Source: Tubiluchus corallicola
Taxonomy: Eukaryota; Animalia; Priapulida
Length of the DNA: 64,000 bases
Assembly (NCBI GenBank): GCA_030141605.1
Contig: JAQGDQ010000163.1
Coordinates: 62,001-126,000 of the forward strand
Direction of reading: 5' to 3'
The position numbers and the translations under genes are program-made. Positions within the stretch are counted from its first letter, which is position 1; every line of letters begins with the position of its first letter. Shown piece after piece: positions 13,903 to 26,500 of the stretch. The notes below the pieces were generated by a model. The model saw nothing but the letters and a program-made list of their open reading frames with translations, ran no database searches and was not told the DNA's origin.

Positions 13903-14575
13903 GTAGGTTGGTGCAAAAGGATTATCTAATAACTTCGTTTGAAACTGTCATTACTGGATGCTGACGTACTACTTAACGTTAAAAGTAGATATTATGTCAT
14001 TTTAATTGGCATTCACTATAATAGCTCTCTAAACTGTCACTACCCGTACCACAAGATGCCTTGCCTTCTTCTCTAAGTGAGGGTCAAAGGCTAACATTGT
14101 GGGTTGTCAGCCGTGATTCCAAAATTTTTTTTTGTTCCAGAAACGCAGCCCCTACCAATAAGGCAAATTTTCCAATCTTGATAGTTCACCACCCAATTAA
14201 TTATTTCCTAGTACGAGCTTACTCTCACTGAAGTAACTGCTAATTAGATTATAAATGTTTTTTTAGAATTGATGAGGCTGTGTAATCTAGTGTCTTTGCA
14301 TTACATTTATAATCCAAATGTTCCTGGTTCAAATCTAGACTCATTACCAGATATTTCACATTTTGTTTTTCAGTCAAAATTTGATTTCAAAAATTCAATA
14401 ATTGGATGTCCATTTAATCATCAATTGATTCTCTTGTAATTAGATTTACAAATATTATTAAGACCAAAGAGACAAATAAGAAAGTGCACATTGATCCCAT
14501 GCAAGACAGGTTCTTTCTTTAAGTACTGCTAAGGTAGCTTTTTTCAAACAGAAAAAAAATATTTTGTTATTTCAG

Positions 14576-14690
14576 GTGTTGTACTAAGCTTAGCTGTACT
14601 AGCCATTGGTTTCCAATTAACAGCTGTCAACTCGCCACCAATCACGTATAAAGAACCAGGCATATCCAACCCCGTGTGTGGAAGATATAA
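14576..14690 (+). CDS. SLC2A13: HMIT exon
   Basis: ttcag acceptor and gtaagt donor. Translates GVVLSLAVLAIGFQLTAVNSPPITYKEPGISNPVCGRY; phase 1 to phase 2 fits the flanking exons. Confidence 0.92.
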
Positions 14691-17011
14691 GTAAGTTGTA
14701 TTATATTAACTGCAAGAAAAATTATCTTTAAAACAAGAAAATTCAAGCCCAACTGCATTTCATTTTGGCTGCATTTTCCAAAGTAACTCACACTGACTTT
14801 CTTATTTAAAATAAAGTGGTTCGTCTCTTAACATTTTTATCTTGCCTTGTGCTTTTCATCATTGCTTCGTAATTTGAAGATATACAGCTATGACAGAAAT
14901 TACTTATGAAAATTACTATAACATGGTTGTTTAAATCAAACCTTAAGATGTTATTAAGTTGAGTGGATTTTAATATTTGCAGTTTGTCTTCCCTAAGGAT
15001 CATACGTGAAGCAATTAATGTGGCATTACAGAAACATCAGCAGCATTTATTAGAACTACCTTATTATATTTTCCTGTTTAATGTCTTTATTGTCTGTGTC
15101 TAGTGATGTCTGCTTGTCTAATATATCATAAAGTCTTTTCAATCATAATAGTCTTGTCTCCTAGGAGAGTTGGTTTCATTCTCATTTTGCAAAAATATGA
15201 ACATGGGAAGATAACTGTGGTATGGTTGTTATGGTGTGGTAAATTTCCTGCCCATATAACGAGAATGCTTTCACTTCCAGGTTAGAGATTTTAAATGTGT
15301 GATGGAATCACCGAAACTTTCTTATTTCATTATTAGGAAGTTAATAACTTCTTCTGTGGTTCCATAAGTATTGAATAACAATTAGCACATTTTTTGTTTC
15401 ATCGGTTCTTTCTTATATGTTTTGATTGTTGGTTTGTTGGTTCATATATTTCTATTTGTTTTTTTCACTCTTTGTTTATTCATTCATTTTTCCATTGTTT
15501 ATTCTTCTGTACTTGCAGTTGCTTATCCTTTTGTTTGTATCATTTGAGCTGTTTGCCTGATCTTACAATTGTATGTACTGCCTTGCACTGAGCATGCCAT
15601 TTGCCAGTCCACAATCTGTACAGATGTCGTGATGAAATGAACACATTTTCCAAACCAATTGTGAAATAGCCGAGAAATTTTTCCTCAACCGACTTCACCG
15701 AATAGTCGTTAGGCATCAGTGAGGAGCAGATCAAGTGTTTGGATCATAGTTATCTCATTTAGATTATTACATCACAATGTGCTTGCTTTCCACAAATGTT
15801 CACCATTCAAAAGAAAAGTAGCCTGGATAGTTTGTGGCAAGCTTCGCAACCCAAGTTAAACAACACTATGCATAGTCAGTAATAGATGGATACCTACCAG
15901 GAGATTTCTGGCTAGTTCGTCTGCTGTAACATGAGTTTTTCAGTAAGGGAATGATGCACATCTGCCACTTTAGCATCTAAAAGGACCATGCTAATGGTCA
16001 TTACAGTCTCTGCTCAACCATCATAATAATAGTTTCTGCCCATTGGCTGCTCAGCCATTGGCCATTGGGTATTGTGGCCTGCAGAATAACAAACTGGATA
16101 AAATAAGAAATTTCATGATTGCTGTGCTTTTACATCTTTCGTTACAACCTCATGATCGATAAAGTATTGACTGATTTAATTTGCTAATATCAGGAGGACT
16201 TCTCTTATGGAATGATGGGAATTCTGCAAATGTCTGCTGTGCTTCTTTGCACTTGTTTTCTTCATTAAAGTCACCAACCAGTCGTGTGCTACAAGGTTAC
16301 TGAGTTATTTTTTATACTTCATAAACCAGGCTGATCTTCTTAATTCCACATTTGCAGTAGAACACGTGCAGAGAAAATTTTTGGGAGTATAAAATGCAAC
16401 TATGTACCCAGGTAATCATCTTTTTTGATACAGGATAAATTATCAAAACAACAATACAAATTACAATTTAATTCGTTCATTATAAAATCCTCTTTCTAAA
16501 CTCTTCTTTACATCAGTTATTTCATGTATTACTAAATCATGCAGTTTCCGTTTTGACCATTACCATGGCTAACTTGCGTGTTACTGAAGAACTTCTTGCT
16601 GCCACTTTAATAATTTACACTTTATAATTACATTATTTTGTTCCCTTCCAACTGGAAACAGTTTCAGTAAATCGTTAAATTAGTGCATAATTTATCAGTA
16701 TTGCCAGCTAAGAAGTCACAGATACTACGTTACATCAGTCTCCTGTGTATGCCATTAGCCTGATTGATTTCTATTACAACAATGTCCAAATCTCATCAGT
16801 TTGTTATGGAGAGAATACATTTGAAGGTCTTGTGTTAAAAGGAAAGGTAGTGCTTTTTTAATTTAAATCTATGTATCAAATTCTTTTGTGAGACTTTCCT
16901 TGATCCCCTTTTGTTAGTTGATGTTTGTTTGTTAGTTAAGCAAAACCATTCGAGATGCAATGTATTGGAATTAATTCTGCCTATTAAAAGATGTTTAAGC
17001 CATTTGTGAAA

Positions 17012-17118
17012 TCACGTTGAAAATACCGCTTCTCGTCTGACCACCGAAGTTAAGCAACGTAGAGCCTGGTTAGTACTTGGATGGGTGACCGCCTAGGAAT
17101 ACCAGATGCTGTAGGCTT
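17012..17118 (+). pseudogene. 5'-truncated 5S rRNA copy serving as the SINE head
   Basis: tcacgttgaaaataccgcttctcgtctgaccaccgaagttaagcaacg...ggttagtacttggatgggtgaccgcctaggaataccagatgctgtaggctt. Box A and box C are present; about 13 5' nt and the T4 terminator are missing. Confidence 0.9.
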
Positions 17119-17536
17119 GTGGGATGCCCACACTGTATCTCGACACTAGGCGGAGGAGCTGCACAAGCACCCAACGACTAGAGGGTGGAGGAAGTCAAGT
17201 GACCCGACGGCCATGTGTAGAGGAGTAACCTTCCAAATCAGGAGTGGAGCCCCGAAGGCGGTCCAGTGCAGCATGCTCACTGACTCCGGCAGCTCCTGCA
17301 GCCAACCTGGTGCCCCGCTCCGCTTTCCTTTGGACTACACCAGCGAGGAAGAGAGGGGGTTCCTGTTGTCTGGGCAACTCAGGATCTCCATACACCTTGC
17401 ACAGGCGTGCGCCCTGGAGACGTTCAAGGATCGCACTGCTCAGCCACGGTCGACGCTGCAGCTCCATCAATGTGATCAATACTCTTGGCGCACACTCCAT
17501 TGTCTTGCGAGACAGAAGGATGCCAACCAACCAACC
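17012..17536 (+). mobile_element. SINE3-type element: 5S rRNA-derived head, RTE-LINE-derived body and 3' end, (CCAA)n tail
   Basis: 15-bp TSD AAGCCATTTG(T/C)GAAA at 16997-17011 and 17537-17551. 5S sequence at 17012-17118. The 3' part encodes SRIALLSHGRRC..GAHSIVLRDRRMP, resembling an RTE ORF C-terminus. The insert is GC-rich within an AT-rich intron. Confidence 0.85.
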
Positions 17537-18027
17537 AAGCCATTTGCGAAAACTTTAGTAAATTATTGTATTTTAGACCCATTTTTTCTTTGTTTCGTTC
17601 CAGTCATTGGTTGCTGTAGGACAGAACTATAGGCCTAGTGAATTACTTTTGAAACTGCAAACACCCCAGGACTGAAAACAGGACTTAGGACTGAGAGAAT
17701 TTCCTTTCAATAATTTTTATTGCTAGACAAGCTTAGAGATACAAATCCTTCCAGTGTTAAGACTCCCCATTATAGGTGTCTGCTGCTGAAATTTCTCTTG
17801 CACTGTTTTTTTATTATTAGTGAAATGGATGCTGTCTTATATCCTGATTTTGTTTTAGTAACATTTATTCAGCATTTAGCATTAGCATTATAAGCAATTA
17901 ATTTTCGGTTTATTTCGAATTTCAACACGGTCGCGCCTTTGTAGCTAATTCATGTCACTGTTCTAAATGAAGATAATAATCAAGTTGATGTATGATTTAA
18001 GTGAACTAAACAAACAAAAACACATTA

Positions 18028-18213
18028 CTGTCAAACCTCTTTATACCACATGATTTGGGACTGGAAGAAATTGACGTTAAGTGAGTTTGCATTGTAATGA
18101 CGATCATTAGCACATACATGTCTGTGCAAATACAGAATTTTGTTTTGCCGAAAATGTGGGCAGTAAGCAAGGTTGAAATTTTAAAGGGGGGGCATTAGTA
18201 TAAGGTTTGACTG
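18028..18213. mobile_element. Tc1/mariner (pogo/Tigger-like) MITE, degenerate
   Basis: Terminal inverted repeats ta|ctgtcaaacct ... aggtttgactg|ca. Confidence 0.5.
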
Positions 18214-18719
18214 CAGTTAAATGGTTACCGGAAGAAGTTTTGTTTTACATTATTTAACTTTCTACAGGCTGTCATCATCTGGTTAGAATTAACATGTTCA
18301 CATTATTATTCCCGTAAAAATCTGTGTAACTTAATTTCAACAAAAAAACTGTTGCCGTTTTTCAGTCCACGTCAGGTCAATCGTATCAGAATATACTAAC
18401 TTTCTCTCGATATTAACCATAAAACCATTGACATTGTCTTCACGTGACATTCTGCATGACAATGTTATCTGGAACAAATGCAAATCTTGCGTTAATGTGC
18501 AATTTATCACACGTACGCAACATTGCTTCTTATTTTACGATGTTTTTATAGGAAGTGAATGTCAACAGAAACCGTTTTTATGTGCTCTATCATCTTTACA
18601 GCTGTCTCTCTTCTGTTGTGAAGAAGCCATGCATTTTTAGCACTTAACCTCTTGGAATATTTTGTCATTGCCCTTCATATGTTTTTGTTTATCATGCTTT
18701 TGTTATAATAAAAAAACGA

Positions 18720-19065
18720 CTACAAAAATGATGATGGCAGAAAGTATGCCACCACCATTAACCAAAAACGCAGAAGTGCCTGCAACAGTGAGTGATAACA
18801 ATGATTACAGTATAAACTACAAAGATGACAATAATAGTAACAAAATAAAACAACAACAACAACAACAGTAGCAACAGCAACTGCAGTGTATCCCCATTAA
18901 ATACAACAAAAAGAAGAACAATAATTGTCAATGACAACCATGAAGAATGGATGATGATAACATTATCACTAAGAACTACAGTGATAGCAACTACAACAAC
19001 GACAGAAAACAACGACGCAACTTGCATCAGCAACAAAACTAGTAACAAGATCAGCATCAACATCG
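18720..19065. repeat. (CAA/AAC)-rich low-complexity tract
   Basis: Degenerate trinucleotide repeat; source of the poly-Q/L/V ORFs. Confidence 0.8.
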
Positions 19066-19823
19066 CTACCCTTTATTACATCAGTTTTTTTCATGATGAT
19101 GCATAATGATGATGGGTAGCCACCCCATGATTAACAGCACTAGTCAAGTGAATTTTCTCTGCAATTTTGATCGAGAAACCTTACATGTTTGGACAGATCT
19201 TTGATTGATCTGAACTCAGCTCTTGTCGATGATTTTCTCTGATGTTTAAATGTCAAGAGGCACTTTACGCTCAGGGATTTAGTGAGCCGCGCCTTCGGGT
19301 GTTCTTAACTTGTTGCGAGTAAATGGTGTTGTGGCAGGAGTTCCGAGTGGCTGAATTATAAGATTTGCAGTTTGTTTTGATGAAATCTAGTACTGGTTAC
19401 TCCGCCAGCACTAAAGCAAAGGTATAGCAATTGAAGGTTTCAAAAAGGCGTAGATGTAGCAGTAAAGAACCAACATGTTCTACGGAGATCTTATACAAAG
19501 TTTAAAAAAACTGCTATTGCCACAAATAATCTGAAAACAACATGCTGGTATTTTGTCAGCCCTGTATGTTATTGTATTGTCGAAAAAAACGAAAAAATTC
19601 CGTTTTGTTGTTAGAATTGTTCAACCATGAAGACAGAAGAGCTATGCTGGTGCTTAAGTTTTCCCTCAAATTACAAAAAACCTAATCTTTGTTTTTCGAC
19701 CCAAATAAATGTGAAATTATTAGTGTTACTTCTTTTTGCAATGTTGTAGTGTGGATCTAAAAAAACCAAGAACAAGAGATTAAACTATGTGTGTAATCAT
19801 TATATACATTTTACATAGTAATA

Positions 19824-20394
19824 CAGTAAACTCCAAATAACTCAAATCCAACCGGACCGGAAAAAAACTTGAGTTAGGCGATATTTCGAGTTAGGTGATG
19901 TTGACCACTTTCCAGCATAGAAACTATAAACCTCTCCTCCAGACGGCGAGCCAAATAGAAGTCAAAAAGTCAACCCTTCTATACATAAATGACAAGATTT
20001 AATGACAGTTACTAGAACAATAATAAATTATGTAGTGAAACATGATTTTTTATGCTACAAAAGGATGTGTACACAACACAGAAAATTAATCTTGGAGAAA
20101 ATAATCAGGGGGCACAACTTGTAAGGCATCAGAATTTTCCCGGAAGATTATACTGTTTTTGAGTTGTACGAAACTTTTTATTTTTCTAGAGTATAAATTG
20201 CATTTTTGACTTAGGCAAAGTAGATTACAGGTATTTTGATTAAATGGACTGGCGAAATTTTGAGTTATATATTTTGAGTTAAGCGATGTTTTTGTGGGAA
20301 AAATGAAAGATTTTATCCTTTCTGCTGAATTTCTTTGAGTTAGGCAATAATACGATCATGAGGTATGCAGTTTTGAGGTACGTGGAGTTTACTG
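19824..20394. mobile_element. pogo/Tigger-like MITE
   Basis: TIRs ta|CAGTAAACTCC...GGAGTTTACTG, plus repeated subterminal ttgagttaggc(g)a motifs near both ends. Confidence 0.7.
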
Positions 20395-20528
20395 AATATA
20401 CAATGATTACTATTGATTCTGTTAGTAAGTTAGATTAGTAAGGTATACATGATAATTCGTGATACGATGACAAAGATGTACAGGCTAGATTTTACATTGT
20501 AAATAAACGTTCACGACGTTACATAACA

Positions 20529-20769
20529 CGAAAGCAAATCAAAATTCTTTATACTAGTGCTATAGGATATCCTTGACAAGAAATCTCCGTAAGGTAACAT
20601 GGTGCTTGGCAAATCACTATGCTAACTCAACTCAATACAGAATAGGCCTAATACATAATCTGTATTGAGTTGAATTAGCATAGTGGTTTGCCCAGTGCCA
20701 TGTTATCTCCCTGAGATTCCTTATCAAGGATATCCTATAGCTTTAATATAAAGGTATGATTTGCTTTCG
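20529..20769. repeat. Long imperfect palindrome (foldback element), arms about 110 bp
   Basis: The left arm cgaaagcaaatc...gctataggatatccttga...cactatgctaactcaactcaatacaga is the reverse complement of the right arm tctgtattgagttgaattagcatagtg...tcaaggatatcctatagc...gatttgctttcg. Confidence 0.9.
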
Positions 20770-21479
20770 AACCGTATTTGAGAGGAATAGGTACGTGACC
20801 AATCAAAAGCTAAGTAGGCAGAATTCTAAATAATACAACCTATAGCCTATTCATGTATACAGGATAGTTGTGTGTTTACTTATTAACTCGTTTGCTAGGG
20901 ACAGATCCACATCGTACCTCATGATATGCCATACTGGTGCATTTTTTTTACAGAAACCTTAATTATCAAAACACTGATTGTCCAAACAATTAATTATTCA
21001 CAGCAGTGTTCATGGAACCATTATCTTTATTAGTAAACCACAAATCTTTCACTAATCTAAGTTCTTATCATGATAACACATCTTAACTATTCCAAACGGA
21101 TTCTGTGTTAAGTTGAGCTGCACTGCAAGATGAACTTGACTCCCTCCATGCATCATTTCTCTTGTTGTAAACACAGGCTTGTACCTGCCTCTTATCCTCC
21201 CACTGAAAAGGTCACGCCAGCATCAGCATAATTATCAATATCAGGATTAATTTCTCCACTGCATAAGAGTGATGCATAATTGTTTAATCATGGAGAAAAT
21301 AATAGCTTCTGGTGAATGCACTTATTAGGCTGCTATGTGCAGGCTGGCTCAATTAGCACTAGGCTGAGTTTTACATTGCGTTTAAGTGCAAACCTGAGTT
21401 TTTATTGAGTATGTACGCAGTGAGTGAGGAGCAAGCTTGAGTTTTTCATGCTTAAGTACACTGTATTTCATACTTTTGT

Positions 21480-21740
21480 TGTACATAGATTGAATTTATT
21501 TTTAGTATTGCCACTTGCCATATTAGCTCTTAAAGTCAAGAATAAGGTAACCAAATGCAGATAATTAATTTCATCACATGTATGATAATTGTAATAGATA
21601 TCCCACTTACCACTATAGTTGGTTCTCCACCTGACCCAGTGAATTACATTAGCAACTGGTTTCCCAGTTTTTTGCAATGTTTGAGTTTCAATGGATTTTA
21701 TACCTTCAGCTATTCATTCAGGATTATTGAACATCCTTCT
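21480..21740 (-). mobile_element. Possible degraded LINE RT C-terminal fragment
   Basis: Frameshifted pieces resembling LKLN..KT, PTIVVSG and EINYL of non-LTR reverse transcriptases. Weak. Confidence 0.25.
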
Positions 21741-23455
21741 AAGCCCTGTATGCCATTGTGATTACCCAGATATTACAATTTTCATGTTTTAATTAGCTTT
21801 TCACCTTAAAACGCTCACTAATGTCACCTGTTATCCCAATATAATCTGTTCTTCGCGTGGCTTAAGTTACCAGAGTTTAGTGCTTGGCCAGTTCCGGGCA
21901 ATTTTTGTGTTTTAATTGACCTTTGGTCTGTGGGCTCCTGACAACTGCCCCACTAACTTGTGTCTCCTTTTTGGATTGCCTAAGTTTCGTTTGCTTAACA
22001 CCTCGCAAATACTTGGTTGTAAGTGACCTTTCAATTTGAGTTACCCACACAATGTCACCACGTGCTTCTATGAGTTCTGTTTCACATGTGGCATAAGTTA
22101 CCCAAGTTTTGCCATTCTGCTGTTTTGCTGTTTTTTTAGTTTTAATTGATTCTTTTGACCTTAAACTATCCACTTAAGGTCATTGAGTCCTCTACTAAAC
22201 TCCACCCATTTGTGATTGCCCTATTTTGACTGGCTCAACTCTTTAATGTTTCAAAGTTGTAAAATGATCTTTAACCTTGAATTCCATTCTAAAATTTATC
22301 TCTACCCTCCTAAATTGACACAATTTTGCCAATTCCTTACAGTTTTTGAACATTAAATCTTTTGCGTCTTTGTGTTAACTGATTCGCGCTACTGCTGATA
22401 TACCATTTTTAATGTCTAGGAATCTTTTCCAAATTGTGCCAGTGTTCAAAGCCAGTGCGCTGCTTTTGGTTGCAGAAATTTTCTTTTAATTAGCACTCTT
22501 TCCCTTTTGTGGCTTGATTGAAGTGTTTTATCAACAAGCCGCAATGTCGTGATGATTAATTTCCATTGAAAAGCTAACATGGCGAGTCATAATTTCTGAA
22601 TAAATGCACACTTGATTGAATATTTAATATTTATGATGGTGGCGGCTTTGCCTTTGATAATGAAAATGTCACTGAGGGATGCAGAGGAAAACAGTAGCCC
22701 AATGCTTATATATTAGCTTATCAAATGTTTGTGAATGGCTAGGTTTAGGTAACCTAGATTAAGCAGGACAAAGACTAACTCTTTTGCTAGACGCTGAATT
22801 ATCAACAATGGTGTGAATATTGAAGATATAAAAATCATTATGCAAGTTATTTTACTATAATTATAGCTTCATATGGTAAGGTCTCTGGCAGATTTAGGGT
22901 TGGTAAATTGTTTCCAGGCAGATTGCTTGGCTGGCAAACTGACTTACAATTTATCTGAGAAACACCAAGTGTGTCGCAATCAAACTTGCATAAAATATTG
23001 CTTGGCAAAGCGTATAAATTAATGACAAATTTTGTGATGGAATAAATTAACGGTTAATATGCCACATAATTCATCTGCTAAAAAATTGGATTATTTCAAT
23101 ATTCCATTGCTATATAATATACATGTATAAAATTATGTTTATTTGAAAAAAATATGTTCCTTGAAATCGTAAGCTATACTGAATCAGCTGAATAGCTGCA
23201 GGTCTTGTTGGCAAGAAAACACTATCATCTTCATCTTAATCATCATCTAGCCCCCTTTTGAAATTTTTTACTTTGTTTACATTTTTGTTCTGTCTAAAAA
23301 TTTTATTATTATGTCAAAATTACTTGTTTTGCAGTTCCTGAAACAACTGTAAGATATAAAGCATTAGTTTAAAATTTTTTAGAATACCTAAATTTGTTTT
23401 GATTTTGTTTCTAAATTTCATTGTTTGTGTGGTACCAATATTGTTTGTTTTGCAG

Positions 23456-23697
23456 TTCTTGCAATTACTGTATTCAAGATCGAGAATGTGGCTTTTGCTT
23501 TGAGGATCTTCCAGCCGGGCCCGCAAATGGATCTTGTCTACCCACAAATCGGGAGGCATTCCAGAGAGCCAGCGTGGGACGGTGCAAACTGGAACATTTA
23601 GAAGATGATTTATATTGGGCGTATGAGTATTGCCCGACACCGTATTCATGGACGCCTATTGTTGGATTGGTTTTGTATTTATTTTTCTTTGCTCCTG
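23456..23697 (+). CDS. SLC2A13: HMIT exon encoding the Cys-rich extracellular loop
   Basis: tgcag acceptor and gtaaga donor. Translates SCNYCIQDRECGFCF...NGSCLP...WAYEYCPTPYSW...FFAPG, the loop characteristic of HMIT/INT transporters. Confidence 0.95.
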
Positions 23698-24217
23698 GTA
23701 AGATTTGGTAATTAATATTTATAAATATTTATAAGATGTTTACTGTTGTCTGCTCCAGACAAGCTACCCATTTCACAAGCTCTGGAATGCCGGAGTGTTG
23801 TAATTCTGCTACTAAGCTATTTTCTGTACTAGCTAAGCTAGTGTGTTTTGTCTGAGCAGCAGAAATTGGCTTTCCCCTTTATTCTACTGCAGCCACCCAT
23901 CTAACTGCATACCAGAGCTGATAAGCTTGTATGCCTAATTCTGTTTGCAAATTAAACCGCCGCCTTTCCTCTAGTCGCACTTGCATTTCTCCATGTTGTT
24001 CTTTGCCCAGTCACCATGGTGACCAGGCTACCAATCTCTGAAAGTTAGCTGTCGTAATGGATGTTGCTATTATAAATAAAGATATTGTAGAATTAAATAT
24101 ACTTGTTTTGTTCCTTGTACAACATGCAAACTGCAACTTTACTAGGCTACAACTGAATTAAGTAGACTAATAGCCCTAAAGTTGGTTACCATTGTCTCTA
24201 TTTACTGTGCATTGCAG

Positions 24218-24370
24218 GTATGGGACCAATGCCTTGGACTGTGAATTCCGAGATCTATCCACACTGGGCACGAAGTACAGGCAATGCGGCTGCAACTGCC
24301 GTAAACTGGATATTTAACTTGACCGTGTCTATGTCATTTCTAGCCCTCATTGAGAGCATAACTACGTATG
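24218..24370 (+). CDS. SLC2A13: HMIT exon
   Basis: tgcag acceptor and gtaagt donor. Translates [35 protein letters not shown]... Confidence 0.95.
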
Positions 24371-26106
24371 GTAAGTTAATATGCAATCCATTGAAGCATA
24401 TGCTTGTGGACATAAACGTAGGAGGTGGGAGTCAGGTATGAGGTGCCCTCCAGGAGCAAATGAATTTTACATTTTCAGGGCAAATAATTGCATGGTAAAA
24501 TTTCCAAATTTAGTATTGAATATCAAAAAATGCTTAAAATGCATAAGAATAAAATTTTTAAGCTCCTGAGCTTTAGAGATTGCAAAAGTAAACTTACAGT
24601 TTGACTTTTTTAAAAAATTTTGCCAATTCCTGCTTGAAAAATGAAAATATTCGTAAAGTTCGGTTTAGCAAAACCTTTTTCGCTCAGTTTTTTATTTTAA
24701 CATTAAATTTACACATGTTTGCTTTCACGACAGCATTTAAATCCTGTTGTATCATTTGGAATAGGAATTCCGATTAGCAAGAGTTGTAAATTGCTTTATT
24801 TCATTAAAAACTGGTCATTACCCTCGGCTTAAACTTTGTTTAAAAAAACGCTTCCATCTTGACGTCGTACAGTGGGAGGTTGCAACTGGGCCTGACTAGA
24901 TGAGTGCCTCTCTTCATCTAAATCTGGACACGAATGGGCCTCTAAATGTTTTGTTTTGAGACACTTTTGTCATTAGTGTATATGTACCCTGCTGTTTGCT
25001 CTTATTTGGAAATGTTATAGATTAATGCAGATTAGAAAATTTTCAGAGCAAATTCCTTCTGTGTGCCTTGTGAGACTTTCTCCTATGTGCCTATGCTTGT
25101 GGAAAACCTAAACCTAAATGGAAAATAGACATAAGTTTAAGTCCAAGAGACTACAGTTTGAAAATACATTGCTATTACACATTGTTACACCCTATAATAT
25201 GTAGCCAATTCCTTCTAATGGGCTGCTTTGAACTGGTTTTAAACTAATTACCTGTTTTATAAATTCAGCAGTACCTTTATTTTAGCTTTACTCTTTACAC
25301 TAACCAAATCAAAATGTCATTTCTTGGCTGTGGTTCTATTTTGAAGGAAACTTCACTTTGCCACAAGTCAGTAAAAGAAATATTGCATTAACTTTTTGCT
25401 TTACTAGAACAGAGTAAGATTATTACTTCTTCTAAACATTTATTTTAACTAAATTTTTGAATATGTCCCTAAATATTGACTGCAGCTGCAAGTAGTAAGA
25501 GAATTGAAATCTGTAGCCTAGAACTGAAAAGTAAAACACGGTCATTCCAATCAACGACTATTTTGTTAACTGAATTGTTTCTGTAAGTTTTGTAATGATC
25601 AATGAAGCCGTTTGACTTTCATTGCTGCTTCCAAGGTCAACAAGCACTTTGCAAATGGGAGCATAAGCATATCAGCTTGTTAAACAATTCCATTTGAAGC
25701 ACTTGTAGTAAATGCAACAAAATCCACGGTTAACTTGCTGGATAAATGTAACTCAATTTTCCATAAGTGTTCTAAGTGCTTTTTCCAAGGGCAGAAACTC
25801 TTTTCTCCATTGTAGCCTGTTTTTGAATCTTAAAACTGCTTCCAAGTGGCTTGCTGACTTTTGTAGAGATAACTTTTAATTACATTTAAGTAGAAAAGTC
25901 TGTAATTGTTCCTTTTATTTGCCCATTATATTTTCTTATCCTTGCCATTTAAAAACCAAGTCCTCTAAAATCATGGATTGTCACAGGTTTTCACAATCTG
26001 GAAATTCGTTTATAGGTTATAACTAGTAAACCTATCTAACCTAATCTGCGAAGTGTTCAATTTAGGAATATTCGGAAATAAAACCTCTCCCAACTTCTTT
26101 ATTTTC

Positions 26107-26500
26107 TCAAGATTCAAGAATCAAGATTGTTTATTTCACTTCAACACAAATACAATAAATACATTAAAAGAAGCAATACGTTTTCAATAATTCAATGGTT
26201 GACAAATGGAAATATACATAATAAGAAGCAAATTTTAAAAAAAAGTGATTAGCTACCCACTTAAATGATTTGTGTTGCAGGTTGTTAAAGAAGCCAAAGT
26301 TGTAAAAATGCCCGACTATGAAAGTAATATGCCTATATACATTTGAATAAAAAAAAATAAAGAAAAGGATGTGGACAAGCAAGTGAGAATTAAAATTTAA
26401 TGATGATGGGTGGAATTTGATAAGACAATTGTACAAAATTAGTAAAGTGAAATTTTGCAACAAACTGGGAAAATCGTTCAACGAAGAACCTGTTTAAAAA
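26107..26500 (-). mobile_element. 3' end of a CR1/L2-like LINE
   Basis: The minus strand ends aataaac followed by a short (tcttga[a/t])n tail. Upstream translation TGSSLNDFPSLLQN resembles the LINE 'WN.LP' region. Confidence 0.4.

Noticed and set aside
16999-17118. Functional 5S rRNA gene
   Set aside because: The first ~13 nt are replaced by the TSD so helix I cannot form, there is no T-run terminator, and it is fused to an RTE-like body.
17195-17632. Three overlapping 104-139 aa ORFs
   Set aside because: They are by-products of the GC-rich SINE; only the short RTE C-terminal peptide is meaningful.
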